Below, one piece after another: positions 11,120 through 21,811 of a stretch of DNA of 64,000 bases. Positions within the stretch are counted from its first letter, which is position 1; every line of letters starts with the position of its first letter. The stretch comes from a virus: IMG/VR virus record IMGVR_UViG_3300028571_000009; one strand, 5' to 3'. Under the pieces are notes generated by a model. It saw only the letters and a program-made list of their open reading frames with translations, made no database searches and was not told the origin of the DNA. The translations under genes were made by a program, and so were the position numbers.

Positions 11120-11803
11120 ATGGGCTATTTAGATAACACCAGCGTAACCGTTGATGCAATATTAACCAAAAAAGGCCGTGAGCTCTTAGCAGCTGGCTCT
11201 GTAGATTTTCAAATTACACAATTTGCAGTAGGTGACGATGAAGTAGATTATACTTTATGGAATCCGAACCACCCTAATGGTACTGATTATTACGGTACCG
11301 TAATTCAAAACATGCCATTGTTAGAAGCATTTCCGGACGAAACACAAGTACTTAGATATAAGTTAATCACTTTACCTAAGAACACTACTAAAATACCGGC
11401 AATATCTGTAACAAATACATCATATACGTATACATATGTATTAAGTACGCCGGACATAATAACCCCGTCGACTATTAACATTACTAACGGTAACCTAACC
11501 TTAGGATATACAGCAATTTTATCTGATAGTACATGGTTTGATTTGCAGGTCGGAGCAGCTGTTTCGAACGCACCACAGGCACCGTCATTTATTGGTGATG
11601 TGCAGTCTAATCAGACAGTAACTAAGTCAGGTTTATCATTTACTATTAAACCAAAACAAATTCCAAACATCGGACAAGGATTTGGTGACCAAACCGCGAC
11701 TCTTACTATAATAGGTAATGAAACCGGTGGACAAATAACAATTAATTTGAAGGTTAAGGCTGGCTATACAGTAACAGGACCACCGGTATTACCAACATTC
11801 TAG
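11120..11803 (+). CDS. Baseplate/tail-collar-like structural protein
   Basis: AILTKKGRELLA...ITQFAVGDD resembles the N-terminal half of the P2 gpH tail-collar domain. Confidence 0.5.
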   Translation: MGYLDNTSVTVDAILTKKGRELLAAGSVDFQITQFAVGDDEVDYTLWNPNHPNGTDYYGTVIQNMPLLEAFPDETQVLRYKLITLPKNTTKIPAISVTNTSYTYTYVLSTPDIITPSTINITNGNLTLGYTAILSDSTWFDLQVGAAVSNAPQAPSFIGDVQSNQTVTKSGLSFTIKPKQIPNIGQGFGDQTATLTIIGNETGGQITINLKVKAGYTVTGPPVLPTF

Positions 11804-11849
11804 AAATTATATAAACTCAACCATTAACTCAATATCGTATACATAATCT

Positions 11850-13079
11850 ATGGCAACTCTACAGACCGGAACACCATTCAACCCAAATAATTCAAACACC
11901 GGTACCGGACTAACTCCGAGTACTACTAACTTTAATCAATATAACCAAGGGTACCAAGATGGATTAAACGCGGCAATTGCTAGTTTGAATACTGCAAATA
12001 ATGGAAAGACATTTTCGCAGCTTAACGTAGCCACCGATGTCAAGGAAAAACAAATCAAGATTATATCTCGAGGAATTTGGACCAACGATTCATCTGCACT
12101 AACCACATTTTGGACGGGTTCGCAGACAAGTACCCAGCAGGCATATTTTTATTCGGTATGGGATGGCAATCCATTTACGTCTGGGTCACTAAGTCAATTT
12201 GCCGTATCATACGGACATCGTGCAGGTAGTGGTAGTGCAACTACCGCTGCATCAACAGAGAGACCGACAAAAGCGATATATTCGCAGATGAAATTAGTTG
12301 CATTGTCGCCCGGTGATTCGGTGTTCACATTCAATAGCGGTAGTACAACGCAGAATTCTAACTCTATATATGCATTGACTATTAATAGAGCTAGAATTAA
12401 GGACTCATTAGACCCAGGTAATTGGGAAATGTATTTAGCTACGTTAAGCGGCTCAGCTGTGCCTAACAACGTACATACCGGTTCGAATGTTAGAGTAAAG
12501 GGTGACGGTTCTACAATTAGCGTCATTGATGATAGTAGTATAACTACTTCCGTAGATATGACAAATGCCGGAGCAAGATATAATATTATAAGCGGCTCAA
12601 TAAACGGTGGTGCATATGTTAATGCCTCAGGTAGATATGATTATTACGGACTAGCATATCCGGCACTAGGATTACTTATATACAACGGAACTACATTAGA
12701 TGAGCAATTAGGATTTAATACCGTGTCCGGTAGCACGTCCGGAGATAATGCATACAAACTATATACGTCGATATCAGGTGCGGCCGCTATTAGTTCAACC
12801 AAAGCGTTTACTGCTAGAAACAATGAAAAAACTGTTTCAAGTCATTATTTTGTTAGATTAAAAAATGGCGATTTTAACTACAGTAACAATACCACATTTG
12901 TAACGGGTAGCGATGGTGCATTATCCAATATAGATTTCGTAGCAGACCCGCAAGTGTTTATTACTACAATCGGTTTATATAATAGTAAGTATGAATTATT
13001 AGCCGTAGCTAAATTATCTAGACCACTTCTTAAGAATTTTGAAACCGAGCAATTAGTTAAGGTTAAGTTAAATTTTTAA
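11850..13079 (+). CDS. Baseplate/tail-collar-like structural protein
   Basis: C-terminal FITTIGLYNSKYELLAVAKL motif, shared with the next gene. Confidence 0.55.
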   Translation: MATLQTGTPFNPNNSNTGTGLTPSTTNFNQYNQGYQDGLNAAIASLNTANNGKTFSQLNVATDVKEKQIKIISRGIWTNDSSALTTFWTGSQTSTQQAYFYSVWDGNPFTSGSLSQFAVSYGHRAGSGSATTAASTERPTKAIYSQMKLVALSPGDSVFTFNSGSTTQNSNSIYALTINRARIKDSLDPGNWEMYLATLSGSAVPNNVHTGSNVRVKGDGSTISVIDDSSITTSVDMTNAGARYNIISGSINGGAYVNASGRYDYYGLAYPALGLLIYNGTTLDEQLGFNTVSGSTSGDNAYKLYTSISGAAAISSTKAFTARNNEKTVSSHYFVRLKNGDFNYSNNTTFVTGSDGALSNIDFVADPQVFITTIGLYNSKYELLAVAKLSRPLLKNFETEQLVKVKLNF

Positions 13080-13092
13080 ACAATAGTTTTGT

Positions 13093-14901
13093 ATGCCCAA
13101 TTATGGAGTTTTTAAACGGATACCACCATATGATATTTCACGTACGAAGTTTAATACGTACAAGAATTGGTCATTAACTAAACTAAACTTCCTATCCGCC
13201 AGTGTAGCGGACGATTCACACGTAACATACCTTTCTGCCGTTCAACCAAACCCAGCCAATTACTATGGCGGGGTCGTAACGTACGGTTCATCGCAATCAG
13301 CGAATGATAATAAGAATGTGTCGGTTACAAATAATTACCTAGATTCAGAATATTACGCATCCGCAGTTTGGTATAGCTTAAATCATCTATATTATAACGA
13401 CCCGTATTCATATAATTCATACGGGAATCTGACACATGGCCAAGCAAGCAAAAACCTATACTGTACGGCATCTGTAATATCAATACCGCAGAAGTTGTTT
13501 GGCGATACAGTAAAACCGGGTAGTGTATCTTTAAATATTCAAGGACTATTTACGTCAGCATCATTTTCCGCATCATTTCAAGACGACGGCTTTGGTAATT
13601 TAATTGATACTAGTTTATCAGCTTCTGTCGGACAAGTCAATAATAAATTATATCTAGGTTTTAATGAATTTAAGTATAATGCCCCCACAGAGTATAACAT
13701 ACCATTTTCTGATTTCTCGATTACAACCCGAGAGGTAACATATACTGACTCGGATATAGTACATATGTGGTCTGATAGTGGGAGTCTAATACAAATACAA
13801 TCAGGTTCTATAGGATTATGTGCAACATTCGTAAGTTCTAGTTATATACAAATTAGGGAGAATGGTCCGACACCTTTTACTTCGAAAGTATTAAGCCCTG
13901 AGATAAATGAAAATTTTGCTTTATCATTTTGGATATTCGTTGATACGAATCTAGCCTCGGTATCAGGCGCAAGCTACAATACCGTTATTTCTAAACGTCG
14001 CGAAGGCTTATGGTATGTCAATACTAATGGGATAGTACAATATACTGAAATAGATTATGATACAAATAAGTTTCCGTATGAGATACGAATAACGGCAACC
14101 GGTAGTGCATTCCAACCAAATTTTAATGCATTCGAATTACAAGGTGTGCGGTCAGACGGGACGAACTCGACAACGATTACTCATAACATATACGCAGGTG
14201 TATCGGGTTCGATATATCGCGATAACAAGCCGCGAAATGCGTATCACATTGTATATCAGAAATCAGGGTCAATGATGGAATTGTATGCTGACGGTGTACT
14301 GTCTAGTACGACAGCCGATACCGCTGTATTTAACTTTAACAATAATTGTGATTTATTTTTAGGTAATCTAGGTAAGAATCACGGTGGTTTCGCCGGTACG
14401 TTGGACGAGATTAATTTCTTTAATAGAGCTCTAACGGCAGCAGAGATATTACAATTATCCGGGCACACTAATTCAATCAATAATAACGTGGTTGGTAACG
14501 TATTTTATGAACACGGTATAGTCGTTATTTCAGACCCTAGACCAAAATATAACGCGATATCAAAATATGCAAGTAGCTGGAACGGATTGACACCCGGTGG
14601 ACCTGGCGCGTATAATAAATTTGACGTTACATATAAATCAAAGTTACCTATAGAAGAAGTAGAGATACTATGTAGACTACGAGAAGATGAATTCACATTT
14701 TCAAATAATCCTACAATATTAAAGGACTATCGATATCCAGATGTAATAAGTGATGTAACCGGGTCATATTGGACACCATATGTAACCACTATCGGATTAT
14801 ATAACGACAAAGCTGAGTTACTAGCCGTTGCAAAATTAGGTAACCCAGTACCAAAGCTTACAACCGCAGACCTGAATTTTTTAATTAGGTTTGATATCTA
14901 A
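13093..14901 (+). CDS. Baseplate/tail protein with LamG-like lectin domain
   Basis: FALSFWI...YHIV...MELYADG...FAGTLDEINFFNRALTAAEI (LamG/concanavalin pattern) plus C-terminal YVTTIGLYNDKAELLAVAKL. Confidence 0.65.
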   Translation: MPNYGVFKRIPPYDISRTKFNTYKNWSLTKLNFLSASVADDSHVTYLSAVQPNPANYYGGVVTYGSSQSANDNKNVSVTNNYLDSEYYASAVWYSLNHLYYNDPYSYNSYGNLTHGQASKNLYCTASVISIPQKLFGDTVKPGSVSLNIQGLFTSASFSASFQDDGFGNLIDTSLSASVGQVNNKLYLGFNEFKYNAPTEYNIPFSDFSITTREVTYTDSDIVHMWSDSGSLIQIQSGSIGLCATFVSSSYIQIRENGPTPFTSKVLSPEINENFALSFWIFVDTNLASVSGASYNTVISKRREGLWYVNTNGIVQYTEIDYDTNKFPYEIRITATGSAFQPNFNAFELQGVRSDGTNSTTITHNIYAGVSGSIYRDNKPRNAYHIVYQKSGSMMELYADGVLSSTTADTAVFNFNNNCDLFLGNLGKNHGGFAGTLDEINFFNRALTAAEILQLSGHTNSINNNVVGNVFYEHGIVVISDPRPKYNAISKYASSWNGLTPGGPGAYNKFDVTYKSKLPIEEVEILCRLREDEFTFSNNPTILKDYRYPDVISDVTGSYWTPYVTTIGLYNDKAELLAVAKLGNPVPKLTTADLNFLIRFDI

Positions 14902-14910
14902 ATTTACAGT

Positions 14911-15315
14911 ATGGCGAAAAAAAGAAACATGTCCAAGAGATGGGTTGCAAAGAAACATGGATTTCGTTCGGGTACTGAGATGGAAGTATCGCAAAACCTA
15001 AAAGACCGGAAGATTAAATTTGAATATGAAACTCTAAAAATAGAGTATGAAGTACCGCCTAGAAAAGCAAAATACACGCCGGATTTTATATTAGATAACG
15101 GTATTATATTGGAAGTGAAGGGACGTTTCTTCGCAGCGGATAGAAAGAAGATGTTATTGGTAAAGATGCAGAACCCGAAATTAGATATTCGATTCTTATT
15201 TACTAATTCTAAAATGAAGATTACGAAAAGCAGTAAAACAACATATGGTGATTGGTGCGATAAAAATGGATTTCAATACGCAGACACCACTGTCCCAAAC
15301 TCATGGGTACGTTAG
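14911..15315 (+). CDS. T7 endonuclease I-like Holliday junction resolvase
   Basis: FRSGTE...FEYE...YTPDFILDNGIILEVKGRF...DIRFLF...TTYGDWCDKNGF matches the T7 gp3 pattern. Confidence 0.85.
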   Translation: MAKKRNMSKRWVAKKHGFRSGTEMEVSQNLKDRKIKFEYETLKIEYEVPPRKAKYTPDFILDNGIILEVKGRFFAADRKKMLLVKMQNPKLDIRFLFTNSKMKITKSSKTTYGDWCDKNGFQYADTTVPNSWVR

Positions 15316-15351
15316 GAATTATGAAATATAATTCTTATATTTTATGGTATA

Positions 15352-16287
15352 ATGGAGAGACTAATTGAATTACTAGAAAATATACTGGGCCAAGGTAAAA
15401 CCACGAATCGTGGCAATCACGCATTCCGGTGTCCATTCTGCAATTCCAATGAAAAAAAATTAGAAGTACAAATTACTAGTTCTATAGAAGGGGAGAATCA
15501 TTTCCACTGTTGGAAATGCAACGCTTCCGGTAAAAAGTTAATTAATCTTCTTAAACGACTACAGCAGCCACGTGAAATAATATCCGAACTACTGGCGATT
15601 CTAAACATATCGTCGAAGTATAATGATAAAGATACCAGCGAGTATGCTGCTCGAATCGTTAGATTACCGGATGAATATCACCCACTGTGGAAGAACACTA
15701 ACAGCGTTGAACAAAAGAACGCGTTAAAATATTTGATTCATGATAGAAAGATTTCAATATCGGAGATAATTAAGTACAATATCGGGTTTTGCGAACGCGG
15801 GCAATATGGGAAAATGATTGTCGTGCCTAGTTATAACGATAACGGTGTCTTAAATTATTTTGTTGGTAGGTCATATTATCAGACGGATGGGTTTAGACAT
15901 AAGAACCCTAACATAAGTAAGGATATTATAGGATTCGAATTATTCGTTAATTGGAATTATCCAATCGTATTAGTTGAAGGTGTATTTGATGCGATGGCAA
16001 TCAGAAGAAATGCTATACCATTATTTGGGAAGACTATATCAGAAGAATTACGAAAGAAAATCATAGATAATAAGGTAACCGAAATATACATCTGCTTGGA
16101 TAAAGATGCTCAGAAGCAAGCTCTAGAACATGCAGAAGAATTTATGGATAATGGTATAAACGTATTTTTCGTTGACCTACAACAGAAGGACCCTGCGGAA
16201 ATTGGTTTTGAAAAGATGACACAAATTATTAAAGATACACAGCCGCTAACATTTAATAGGTTAGTTGAGTATAAATTAGAATTATGA
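15352..16287 (+). CDS. DNA primase (zinc-binding domain + TOPRIM)
   Basis: CPFC...HCWKC zinc site; LVEGVFDA and CLDKDA TOPRIM motifs. Confidence 0.85.
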   Translation: MERLIELLENILGQGKTTNRGNHAFRCPFCNSNEKKLEVQITSSIEGENHFHCWKCNASGKKLINLLKRLQQPREIISELLAILNISSKYNDKDTSEYAARIVRLPDEYHPLWKNTNSVEQKNALKYLIHDRKISISEIIKYNIGFCERGQYGKMIVVPSYNDNGVLNYFVGRSYYQTDGFRHKNPNISKDIIGFELFVNWNYPIVLVEGVFDAMAIRRNAIPLFGKTISEELRKKIIDNKVTEIYICLDKDAQKQALEHAEEFMDNGINVFFVDLQQKDPAEIGFEKMTQIIKDTQPLTFNRLVEYKLEL

Positions 16288-19200
16288 TAAAAGTAAAAAA
16301 GATTGACACCGCACTCACTGAAATCGACAAAATATTTCACATCTCAGATGTACATATCCGAAACCTTAAACGGCATATAGAATATTCCGAGGTTTTCGAA
16401 CGTATTTATACATACATTCGGAAAAATCGTACCGAGAATAGTGTGATATTTTTAGGCGGCGATATTGTCCATGCTAAAACGGATATGACACCGGAATTAG
16501 TAGATATGACCCAGAAGTTTTTAAAGTCATGTGCCGATTTATGTTACACAATATTGATTACCGGAAATCATGATTTGAATCTAAATAATAAAAATCGATT
16601 AGATGCATTAAGTCCAATCGTAAAGGCAATCAATCATGATAAACTAATCTATCTTAAAGATGGCGGCGTATATCACATTGCTGATATTCACTTCACGGTA
16701 ATGGGTGTGACACAACGACCTGACGAGTTTATTAGAGCCAGTCAATTCGATGCACCGTATAAAATCGCTTTGCACCATGGAGCAGTTGATACTAGTGTAA
16801 CCGATACCGGCCACGTGCTATCAAATAAACACGTTACTACGGCAATGTTCGCAGGGTATGATTTAACATTACTTGGTGATATACACGTACCGGCTCAATA
16901 TCTAAATAAGGAGAAGACCATTGCATATCCAGGGTCCACCATTCAACAAAATTATGCTGAAGCGAAGGACCATGGTCTACTAGTATGGGACGTGAAATCT
17001 AAAACTTCAAATTTTGTAGTAATACCGAATGATTATTGTTACTATACGTTAGATGTTGAAAACGGTCAATATATACTACCCGATACTTTGCCTAAGAATT
17101 TACGGCTTCGGTTACGAGTGATAAACACTTCTGCAGCGGATATTAAACCTATTCTAGCAGATGCAAAATCTAAATACAACGTATTAGAAACCCCAGTACA
17201 AAAGGTTGCTAATTTTTCACCTACCGGGGTATTATCATCTAAAATTAGTTTAGGTGATGTACGAGACATAGAATTCCAAAATCAATTGATATCAGAGTAT
17301 CTAAAAAGTACACTTAATACCACCGATGATATCATCGACGGTGTTAAACATGTTAATAGAACATGTAACACGCTTCTACAAAAATTAGAAGTTAGTAGGA
17401 ATACTGTATGGATTCCTAAAATGTTCACATTTTCAAATATGTTTAGTTACGGTGAGAATAACGTTATTGACTTCACTAAATTAAAAGGGTTGTATGGATT
17501 ATTCGCGCCTAACGCCGCAGGTAAATCGACTTTATTTGAAGCGTTATCGTTTTGTATATTCGATAAATGTAACAGAACGTCTAGGGCTGAACACGTATTA
17601 AATAACCGTAGCACTGAATTTTTTGGTAAATTCGAATTTGATATTGGTGATAAATCGTACGTTATCGAACGGACTGGGCAGCAACGAAAGGACCACGTTA
17701 GAGTTATCGTAAATTTCTATACGATATCAGAATCAGGGGAGATGCAATCTTTAAACGGTAAAGAGCGTAGCGATACAAATAAAATAATTCGGACATATCT
17801 AGGCACATATGAAGATTTCGTTTTAACATCATACTCCGTGCAAAATAATAACACGGGATTCATTGATATGGGACAACGAGAGCGTAAGGAATTATTAGCT
17901 CAGTTTCTAGACTCGGATATTTTTGAACATCTATATAAGGTTGCTAATGAGGAGAGTAAAGAATTAGCATCAGTTATTAAAGACCTTAATAAACAAAACC
18001 TAGACACTAAATTAGCCGACACGTTAAAATTACTTGGTAAGTCTAGTTTACAATTAGAAACGGCTAAGCAACAGAAAGAATCTAAGGAGTCCGAAATTCA
18101 CTCGATATTTGAACTTATAAGCTTATTATCAGGGGAGTTAGTTCCATTAAGTATAAACAACAGTGACCTTGATGAATTGACGGTACAACGAACAAATATT
18201 GAATATGCTATACGGAAGGATGTCGACAGTCGTACTAGTGTTGAGAATAAATTATTATTACTACAGAAGGGGTTAGTTACCAACCGGACACAATTATCTA
18301 GTATTAATTTGGAAGAAATTACGGCTGGTGTAGCGCATAAACATACTGTTCAAGTTAAGTTAGATAATTTACATTCAGCGTTACGTCACCTAGTTATCGA
18401 TATACAACACAAAGAGCAGAAATTAGCAAAGCTGGATAAACTAGAATACGATGAAAATTGTTCATATTGTATGAATAATATTTTTGTGAAAGATGCTATC
18501 GAGACAAAACAGTCGTTGAAGGTCGACGTTAATAACAAGTTAACTTTACAACAGGGGATACTAGTTTTAGAAACTGAACTAGATATGTTCCCTGATTATG
18601 ATAGCAAAAAATTACTATACGCTTCGATTGATTCCCATATTAAAACTACCGAATCTGAGATTCTTCGTGTCGAAAATGAAAAGCTTCGATTGGATAGCAA
18701 TATTGATACCAGATTAGCAAATCTTCAAAAGATTAATGATGATATTAGGTTTTGTGAGGAACATTCCGATGCAATTAAGAAAAACGGCGATACAAATAAA
18801 TTGATTACCCATAATCGCTCTTTAATTAACGACCTTAAAGCAGAGTTACAAAATATAGAAACGCTCTTAAATGAGTGCTTATACGGTCATACATTAAATG
18901 TTAGTAAACGCGACCATATGGTGCAGGAAATGGCGCGTTTAGCACAATTACAAAAGGAGTTTAATTACTACCAGCTGTATATGACAGCGTTTTCTAGAGA
19001 TGGTATTCCATATCAATTGATAACGAAAGCGTTGCCGAAAATTGAAACGGAAGTGAATAACATTTTAAGTCAGGTCGTTGATTATCAAATACATTTTAAT
19101 TCAGATGGTAAAAATATCAATGCATACATCGTATATGATACTGAAAAGTTTTGGCCATTAGAATTATCGTCAGGTATGGAAAAATTTGTCGCATCATTAG

Positions 19201-19442
19201 CGATTCGAACTGCTTTGATTAATATTTCTAGTTTACCTAGACCGCCATTCTTAGTAATAGATGAGGGTATGGGTAATTTAGATGCTGAAAATCTAAATAA
19301 TATGTACGTATTATTTGATTACCTTAAAACACAGTTTGAATACATGGTTGTAGTGTCACATATAGATACTATACGCGACATGGTAGATTCTCTTATTGAA
19401 ATCGTTAAAGTTAATGAAAAATCATCAATAATTTACGATTGA
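16284..19442 (+). CDS. Fused recombination nuclease-ATPase (SbcD/Mre11/gp47 + SbcC/Rad50/gp46)
   Basis: HISDVH, GGDIVH, TGNHD, LGDIH metallophosphoesterase motifs, then Walker A APNAAGKST, coiled coil with CSYC hook, LSSGME signature and Walker B VIDEG. Confidence 0.9.
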   Translation: MIKVKKIDTALTEIDKIFHISDVHIRNLKRHIEYSEVFERIYTYIRKNRTENSVIFLGGDIVHAKTDMTPELVDMTQKFLKSCADLCYTILITGNHDLNLNNKNRLDALSPIVKAINHDKLIYLKDGGVYHIADIHFTVMGVTQRPDEFIRASQFDAPYKIALHHGAVDTSVTDTGHVLSNKHVTTAMFAGYDLTLLGDIHVPAQYLNKEKTIAYPGSTIQQNYAEAKDHGLLVWDVKSKTSNFVVIPNDYCYYTLDVENGQYILPDTLPKNLRLRLRVINTSAADIKPILADAKSKYNVLETPVQKVANFSPTGVLSSKISLGDVRDIEFQNQLISEYLKSTLNTTDDIIDGVKHVNRTCNTLLQKLEVSRNTVWIPKMFTFSNMFSYGENNVIDFTKLKGLYGLFAPNAAGKSTLFEALSFCIFDKCNRTSRAEHVLNNRSTEFFGKFEFDIGDKSYVIERTGQQRKDHVRVIVNFYTISESGEMQSLNGKERSDTNKIIRTYLGTYEDFVLTSYSVQNNNTGFIDMGQRERKELLAQFLDSDIFEHLYKVANEESKELASVIKDLNKQNLDTKLADTLKLLGKSSLQLETAKQQKESKESEIHSIFELISLLSGELVPLSINNSDLDELTVQRTNIEYAIRKDVDSRTSVENKLLLLQKGLVTNRTQLSSINLEEITAGVAHKHTVQVKLDNLHSALRHLVIDIQHKEQKLAKLDKLEYDENCSYCMNNIFVKDAIETKQSLKVDVNNKLTLQQGILVLETELDMFPDYDSKKLLYASIDSHIKTTESEILRVENEKLRLDSNIDTRLANLQKINDDIRFCEEHSDAIKKNGDTNKLITHNRSLINDLKAELQNIETLLNECLYGHTLNVSKRDHMVQEMARLAQLQKEFNYYQLYMTAFSRDGIPYQLITKALPKIETEVNNILSQVVDYQIHFNSDGKNINAYIVYDTEKFWPLELSSGMEKFVASLAIRTALINISSLPRPPFLVIDEGMGNLDAENLNNMYVLFDYLKTQFEYMVVVSHIDTIRDMVDSLIEIVKVNEKSSIIYD

Positions 19443-19457
19443 AATAATTATTGATAT

Positions 19458-21782
19458 ATGATTAGAAAAACAGCCGCTCGTAAATATTTAGAAACCGGTA
19501 ATGTGTTAATAGAGGACACGTCACCGATGTCTAACAATTATTTTAAGATTGTCACTCTTTCTGATACGTTGCATGGTGGAAAAAACATTATAAGGCTTCA
19601 GGGCTCTACAAATTTAGAGATAAACAAACAAATTTTTATTGAAGTATTAGATGCTAACAATAATACGGTGTACCATGAAGTTACTACTGTATTGGAAGAT
19701 GACGGTTCACGTGTAGTATCAATATGGGTATATCCGGAAACAGGTCCGGGCCCGGGAACTATTACATTAGTCGGTACCGCACTTAACGACTTAACCGGTA
19801 ACCAAATTCCTGAACGACTTCGTACCACTCCGAACCTTCGATGGCGTAAACAAGTAACGATTAATCCGTTGAATAAAAATTCATCTGGGATAGTTTATAA
19901 CACAGCACCGACTGTGTCTATTACTGAGATACAAAAACCACTTATTACTCGTAGTTATCAGGGCTCAGGTGACCGGTTTAGTACTTATTCGTTTTATACG
20001 TCGTCTAGTTTTACATACACAAATTATAATAATTCACCGACGTTAACCTTAGATAATCCAACAATTGGTGTTAAGACGTTCCTAGGAAGTATGCTATCTG
20101 GGACAGTATATGTCTCCGCATCATTCTTTACAAGTACAACTCCGGAAACTACCTCAAACGTACGAACACCGAATGTGTATAGTTCTAGTATAGATAAAGT
20201 ATTGAATTCATATATTGTTCGATTAGCGACTCCTTTTGAATCACCGCGCACAGATATACGAGGCACGCAAACCATCAGAACCGGAAACATAGTCGGTGAT
20301 ATTGCGGTACGGTATGAACAGGATGCTTCAACAACTGATGTGACACGCTCAGACGGGGCAGCGTTAACGGGCTCAGTAGCATTATTAACTATTTCCAATT
20401 TGTCACCTGAAACAGGCGACGTGAACAGAGTACATGTATACCTTAAAAAAAATAGCACCGCTGGGTTGATTAAATCGTTTAAGGGATATGAATCACCCGG
20501 AGCATATGTAAAAGTAGCTGATACCGCTGTACAAGCGAGAGAAGTTTTACTGAATGATACAGTATCAACAGTAGATACACCTATAGGTAGAGTGGATACG
20601 GCTGCTGCATTTAATAAATGGACGCAGGGGTTATCATCAACACTAGCAGTCAGCGGCTCAGTGTTTACCAGCAGAAGTGCATATCCATTAGTAAATGCTA
20701 TAGGATTCAATAGTGCATCCGGTACACCTACATTATTTGGTGAATATGATTATTTTACATTAAAAACTAGTGGGTCATATGAATTTAATGCGGGTACTAC
20801 ATATAACCTAAACTTTGATGCGATTGTTCAAAGTAATACAAACTTTAATGCAGCCGCGGGTTACTATTCCTTAGATATAGTATTATCAGGTAGTGCATGT
20901 GTTGATACGTACTTAGACTTGTCTCATACTAAGTATATCGGTGGTATCACTAAATCTGACGGGTATATGTTCGAAGATAATTCTTTTGATTTCACCGTAC
21001 CAGCAACAGGTACCGCACAATTAGTGTTTATACTACGTGCGGGAATGTGGTCATTTTCTGATATTAGTATTCGACCAATACAGGAATCAGGATTCACACC
21101 TAATAAATTAGAGCTAGTATTTCCTATAGAAGATTATATTGGTGAAACGTATGATGTAAAAGTAGAATATTGCGATTATATGGGTAACCGGTCCGATACG
21201 ATATCCGAGATTAAGGATTTTAAATTTACACCGACTACATTCCGAGCAACATCTATTACTGCCGGTTCGGTATACGCTGATAATATCAGTGCATCCGGGT
21301 CAATATCACTAAACAATCACAAATTGTTCAATTACGGACAATTTATCAGTAATGTTGAACAGTCTTGTTCAGCCAATACGCGTACGGTGATAACTTACGA
21401 AACACAATCATTTATTGATAGTATTAACCTTATCTCTGGGTCACAATTACAGTTCGTGAACTCGGGCAAGTATCTACTGGCGGCCAGCGTTCAATATTAT
21501 AACACGGCTAACACCGACATTATTTTTGATACTTGGGCAGCGCTTAATGGTACGGATATACCTTCATCCACTAGCAGATTCGAACTACATAAAATAGGTG
21601 GTTCGAACGGATACATAGCATCTACATATACACTTATGTGTACCGTAAGCGCTAGTCAGTATGTACAATTATATTGGGCATGCAATGCAAATACGGGCCG
21701 TCTATTACCATTTCCGGTAGGTACGGTACCTACACACCCATCTGCACCATCTGTAAGATTAGAAATTTCGCAAGTTGCGTAA
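19458..21782 (+). CDS. Putative tail/virion protein with C-terminal C1q-like beta domain
   Basis: 774 aa, S/T-rich; C-terminal FVNSGKYLLAASVQY...YVQLYW pattern. Confidence 0.45.
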   Translation: MIRKTAARKYLETGNVLIEDTSPMSNNYFKIVTLSDTLHGGKNIIRLQGSTNLEINKQIFIEVLDANNNTVYHEVTTVLEDDGSRVVSIWVYPETGPGPGTITLVGTALNDLTGNQIPERLRTTPNLRWRKQVTINPLNKNSSGIVYNTAPTVSITEIQKPLITRSYQGSGDRFSTYSFYTSSSFTYTNYNNSPTLTLDNPTIGVKTFLGSMLSGTVYVSASFFTSTTPETTSNVRTPNVYSSSIDKVLNSYIVRLATPFESPRTDIRGTQTIRTGNIVGDIAVRYEQDASTTDVTRSDGAALTGSVALLTISNLSPETGDVNRVHVYLKKNSTAGLIKSFKGYESPGAYVKVADTAVQAREVLLNDTVSTVDTPIGRVDTAAAFNKWTQGLSSTLAVSGSVFTSRSAYPLVNAIGFNSASGTPTLFGEYDYFTLKTSGSYEFNAGTTYNLNFDAIVQSNTNFNAAAGYYSLDIVLSGSACVDTYLDLSHTKYIGGITKSDGYMFEDNSFDFTVPATGTAQLVFILRAGMWSFSDISIRPIQESGFTPNKLELVFPIEDYIGETYDVKVEYCDYMGNRSDTISEIKDFKFTPTTFRATSITAGSVYADNISASGSISLNNHKLFNYGQFISNVEQSCSANTRTVITYETQSFIDSINLISGSQLQFVNSGKYLLAASVQYYNTANTDIIFDTWAALNGTDIPSSTSRFELHKIGGSNGYIASTYTLMCTVSASQYVQLYWACNANTGRLLPFPVGTVPTHPSAPSVRLEISQVA

Positions 21783-21811
21783 CTTACCAATATCCTTAAT
21801 ATTTATTGTAT

